Source: Octopus sinensis
Lineage: Eukaryota
Reading direction: 5' to 3'
NCBI RefSeq assembly: GCF_006345805.1
Contig: NC_043015.1
Span: forward strand, 19,778,001-19,842,000
DNA: 64,000 nucleotides
The translations under genes and the position numbers were made by a program. Under the pieces are notes generated by a model. The model did no database searches. It worked only from the letters and a program-made list of their open reading frames with translations, and was not told the DNA's origin. The first letter of the stretch is position 1; each line of letters starts with the position of its first letter. Below, piece by piece: positions 60,576 through 64,000 of this stretch.

Positions 60576-61887
60576 CAAAGACATGACAGAAGTAAATAGA
60601 CACCCCATAAACCATTGTCTTATGTTTATTCTAACTTGTAAGGTTTATATTTTTTTTAATTGACTGACATTTTTATGATTCAGGTTCTATATGTGACTGT
60701 TTAATCATGCCTTCTACAAAAGAGGCCTTGGAACTGAATTTCAAAGAGGCCATATTATGGGTCATTTCGAAGGTAGACAGCATGAAATTGCCGAAAACCT
60801 TGAGACCCTGCATTCTACAGTTAATAGGGTGACTGTGCAATTCACCAGAGAGGGGAAGGAGTTCACATCACCTCACCCAGGTTGACCAAGGCTCTCTGAC
60901 AGGACCCTTCTCTTTATTAACAGAAGTGTGGAGGATAATCCTTGTTGCAAGGCCTCAGACATAGAAGAACACATTGATGGAAGTCCCAGAACAGCTGTCA
61001 GGTATCTCCACAAACTTGGTTACTATGGCAGAGCAGCAAGAAGGAAGCCACTTCTTCAACCAGCCAACATCAAGCAGAGAAAAGATTATGCCAGTGAGAT
61101 GGTGGAAAGACCACTGGCATCTTAGGACACTGTCATATCCTCTGATGTGTCCAGATTTGTTGTATTTCCTGATCAAGAATGTGATGTGAAAAGATTGCAT
61201 CCAACAATGAAATACGGCAGCTATTCTGTGATGGTTTGGGGAGCAATTTGGAGCAATGGTTGATCAGAGCTGGTGGAGTGTGAAGGAAACATAAACTCAG
61301 ATAAATATACACATATTTATCTGAGTTTATGTTTCCTTCACACTCCACCAGCTCTGATCAACCATTGCTCCAAATTGCTCCCCAAACCATCACAGAATAG
61401 CTGCCGTATTTCATTGCAGAAAGGACTCCTTCCAATCTTCTCCAGTGGTGAAATGGATTAAAGAAGACTCTTTATTTATGGAAGATGGGGCTCCTTGTCA
61501 CATGACTAAAATGACTCAAGATTTGTTGGATAAGAATGGTATTAAAAAACTTCCATGGCCAAGCCAGTCACCAAATATGAACCCTACTGAACACTTCTGA
61601 GACATAATGGACAGGACACTTCATAAAAAGAACAAGAAAGCATCTTCAAAGCCAGATCTTTTGAGATTACTGCATGAAACTTGACAAGAATTACCACAAC
61701 AGAATATTTGTCATCTGATCAGTAACATGACTAACAGGATCCTTGTGTTAAAAAATGCAAAGGGCATATCTACTAAATATTAAATATTCACATTATAACA
61801 ATTAATATATAATTTGAATGTATTATTTCAGATTTAAAGAAATTTTAATGATTATTAGGGTGTCTATTTACTTCTGTCATATCTGTG
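60576..61887 (+). mobile_element. Decayed Tc1-family (DD34E) DNA transposon in a PCCB intron
   Basis: 30-bp TIRs at 60576-60605 and 61858-61887, with TA on the left and CA on the right. Transposase relics include GRAARRKPLL, *DTVISSDVSRF, VMVWGAI, MEDGAPCH-(34 aa D-to-E spacing)-WPSQSPNMNPTEH and AKGISTKY*; multiple stops and frameshifts are present. Confidence 0.92.
61205..61416. repeat. Perfect 104-bp inverted duplication with a 4-nt loop inside the Tc1 transposase
   Basis: 61205-61308 is the exact reverse complement of 61313-61416; the loop is acac. Confidence 0.95.
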
Positions 61888-61995
61888 CATATACTGAATA
61901 ATGTAGTCTAAGATTTTTTTTTGTCAAATTAGAAAAAAAAATGAGATTACCATGGTTGGATTGCCTTTGTTCAAAGATCTAAAAGTGCACCTTAC

Positions 61996-62094
61996 CTTTG
62001 CTCCCATCACGGCAACTTCAGCTGTTGGCCAGGCATAGTTCATATCTCCTCGTAAATGTTTGGAGCTCATCACATCATATGCTCCTCCATAAGC
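61996..62094 (-). CDS. PCCB: PCCB third-from-last coding exon (the gene continues beyond the window)
   Basis: cattcag|GCTTAT..GCAAAG|gtaagg; [33 protein letters not shown], a carboxyltransferase signature. Confidence 0.96.
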
Positions 62095-64000
62095 CTGAAT
62101 GGAAAGCAAAAAGAAACATTAATGTTAAGCAAAGAGGGAAAGAAAATGTGTGTGTGCATGTATGAAAGAGAGAATCATCATCATCACCATCATCATCACT
62201 ATCATCATCATTTAATGTCTGTTGTCCATGCTGGCATGGGTTGGACAGTTTGACTGGGCTGGCACGCTGGATGGCTACAGCAGACTTCAGCCTAATTTGG
62301 CATGGTTTTCTATGGCTGGATGATCCCTCCCCAATGCCAACCACTCTGAGATTGTAATGGGTACTTTAACATGCCACCGGCACAGGGGCCATTTGTGTGA
62401 CACCAATATCTGCCACAACTGCAATTTTGTTCGGCTTCATGGGTCTTCTTCTCAAGCATGACATAATGCCAAAGGTCTTGGTCATTGCCTCTCCGAGGCC
62501 CAACGCTCAAAAGGAACTCAGCCACTTTGCCTCCGTGAGCCCAGAGAAAATGTAAGAGAGAGAGAGAGAGTATGTGATAGAGAGAAAGAAAGGGAATGTG
62601 TGCAAGAGAGAGAGAGAAAGAGAGAAGAGAGAAAGTGGGCATGATTTTCTTCTTAATTTCATTTTTTGAGTAAATGTTCTGAAGCCTCATATTCATTACA
62701 AACACTGATCTTCGAAGTTAATCCAGTGAGTGTTTTGATTACACATTATCAAACACTGAACCAAGCAATTCATTCATAACATTTCCTAGTATAATTCTAC
62801 ACTTTATAATGCACCGATGTTAACAGTTATTTCATTCAGAATGTTTTCATACAAAATGATGCAACAAATTATAAAACATCAACCTTAGCAACTAATTTAT
62901 TCATGTTTTGAATACCTTTTTTTTTATGAAGTATTTCATAAATCTCAAAAACAACTCTGACGATTAGATTAATATTACACACACACAAATTAAATGCACT
63001 CTATGACCTAATTAGAAATGCATACTCGTGGAATGCAATAGATGCAAGGTTCAAGTCATATCAGACAGCTTGTTGTTCAGATTTCCTTGTTTTATGCCAA
63101 TGCCTCAGAATGCCCACCTACCACTGAAACTAGTAATGTTTATGCAATGTTTCTGTGTGTGTGTGTGCACGCACACACGCATGTGTGTGTGCATAAAAGG
63201 CATTTATGAAAAGAAAGAGATTTTTAAAGAATGTAATATATAAATTTCAAGAATGTATCCCCAAAACAATTGGCTTTCCAAGAAAATCTGCCTGACTTTA
63301 TTCATAAGAGAGTCTATAAAACTGCCACCATTATTTGTCATCATCATCGTCATTTAACGTCCGTTTTCCATGCTGGCATGGGCTGGATGGTTCGACTGGG
63401 GTCTGGGAAGCCAGGAGACTGCACTAGACCCCAATCTGATCTGGTAGTGTTTCTACAGCTGGATGCTCTTCCTAATGCCAACCACTCCAAGAGTGTAGTG
63501 GGTGCTTTTTACATGCTACTGGCACAGGGGCCAGAGGAGCTGGCAACGACCAGCTTAAAAGGTCACTAATGGGGTGTGGCTGTGAGTTTTTAGTGTGAGT
63601 ATTTGATCTGGAAAGCTACAATGAATCATGCAGGAATAACTAACCTTAACATTATATGACTTGAATTTATGGTATTTAGGTATGGGTAGGGAAAGGTGTC
63701 TGACTGGAGTTAGGAAATTCTGGCCTAGTTTCATGGTGATTCGCAGGTTGTACAATTGATTAAACAACTTGCCTCTTTCTGATTTTACTCTGCTATGCAG
63801 TGGGTGAGAAGCTATGATTGCTGTGAATGTATTAGAAGGGCAGTTAGAAGTAAGGGCATCCTTGTAAGGAATTCTTTCAAATTTTTGAGAAGCTCCCTAG
63901 AAGTAGTGACAGCTACTGTTATTTAGGTTACTTAATAACAGTGGAAGTGGGTGCTGTGAAAGCACAGTGGCCAGAATGAGGATGGAGTGGAAAAAAGAGC

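Noticed and set aside
60928-61461. Intact transposase or separate small genes (65-81 aa ORFs on both strands)
   Set aside because: They are fragments of one decayed Tc1 transposase; the mirrored MECEGNINSDKY ORFs arise from the inverted duplication.

Overview
AT-rich, microsatellite- and SINE-dense eukaryotic DNA. The repeat families and gene content point to a coleoid cephalopod, most likely Octopus (inference). Two convergent protein-coding genes are present. (1) On the + strand, a 10-exon jitterbug/FLN-2-type filamin-repeat gene (17185..52468; all nine introns GT-AG and phase 1; 965 aa if exon 1 starts the reading frame). It has a 438-aa low-complexity N-terminus, five filamin Ig-like repeats and no visible actin-binding CH domains. 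(2) On the - strand, the last three coding exons of propionyl-CoA carboxylase beta (PCCB). The rest is tRNA-derived SINEs, RTE and Tx1/L1-like LINE fragments, Penelope-like element (PLE) remnants, hAT/piggyBac/Tigger-type MITEs and a decayed Tc1 (DD34E) transposon carrying a perfect 104-bp internal inverted duplication. The main unexplained signal is about a dozen minimal type-I hammerhead ribozyme motifs (CUGANGA-stem II-GAAA-short, often palindromic stem III-UH). They belong to several unrelated short, often fold-back elements. One family fuses a tRNA-like Pol III head (A and B boxes) to a hammerhead-bearing tail. One motif with an intact core lies on the sense strand of filamin intron 7. 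All ribozyme folds were made by eye and no activity has been shown.
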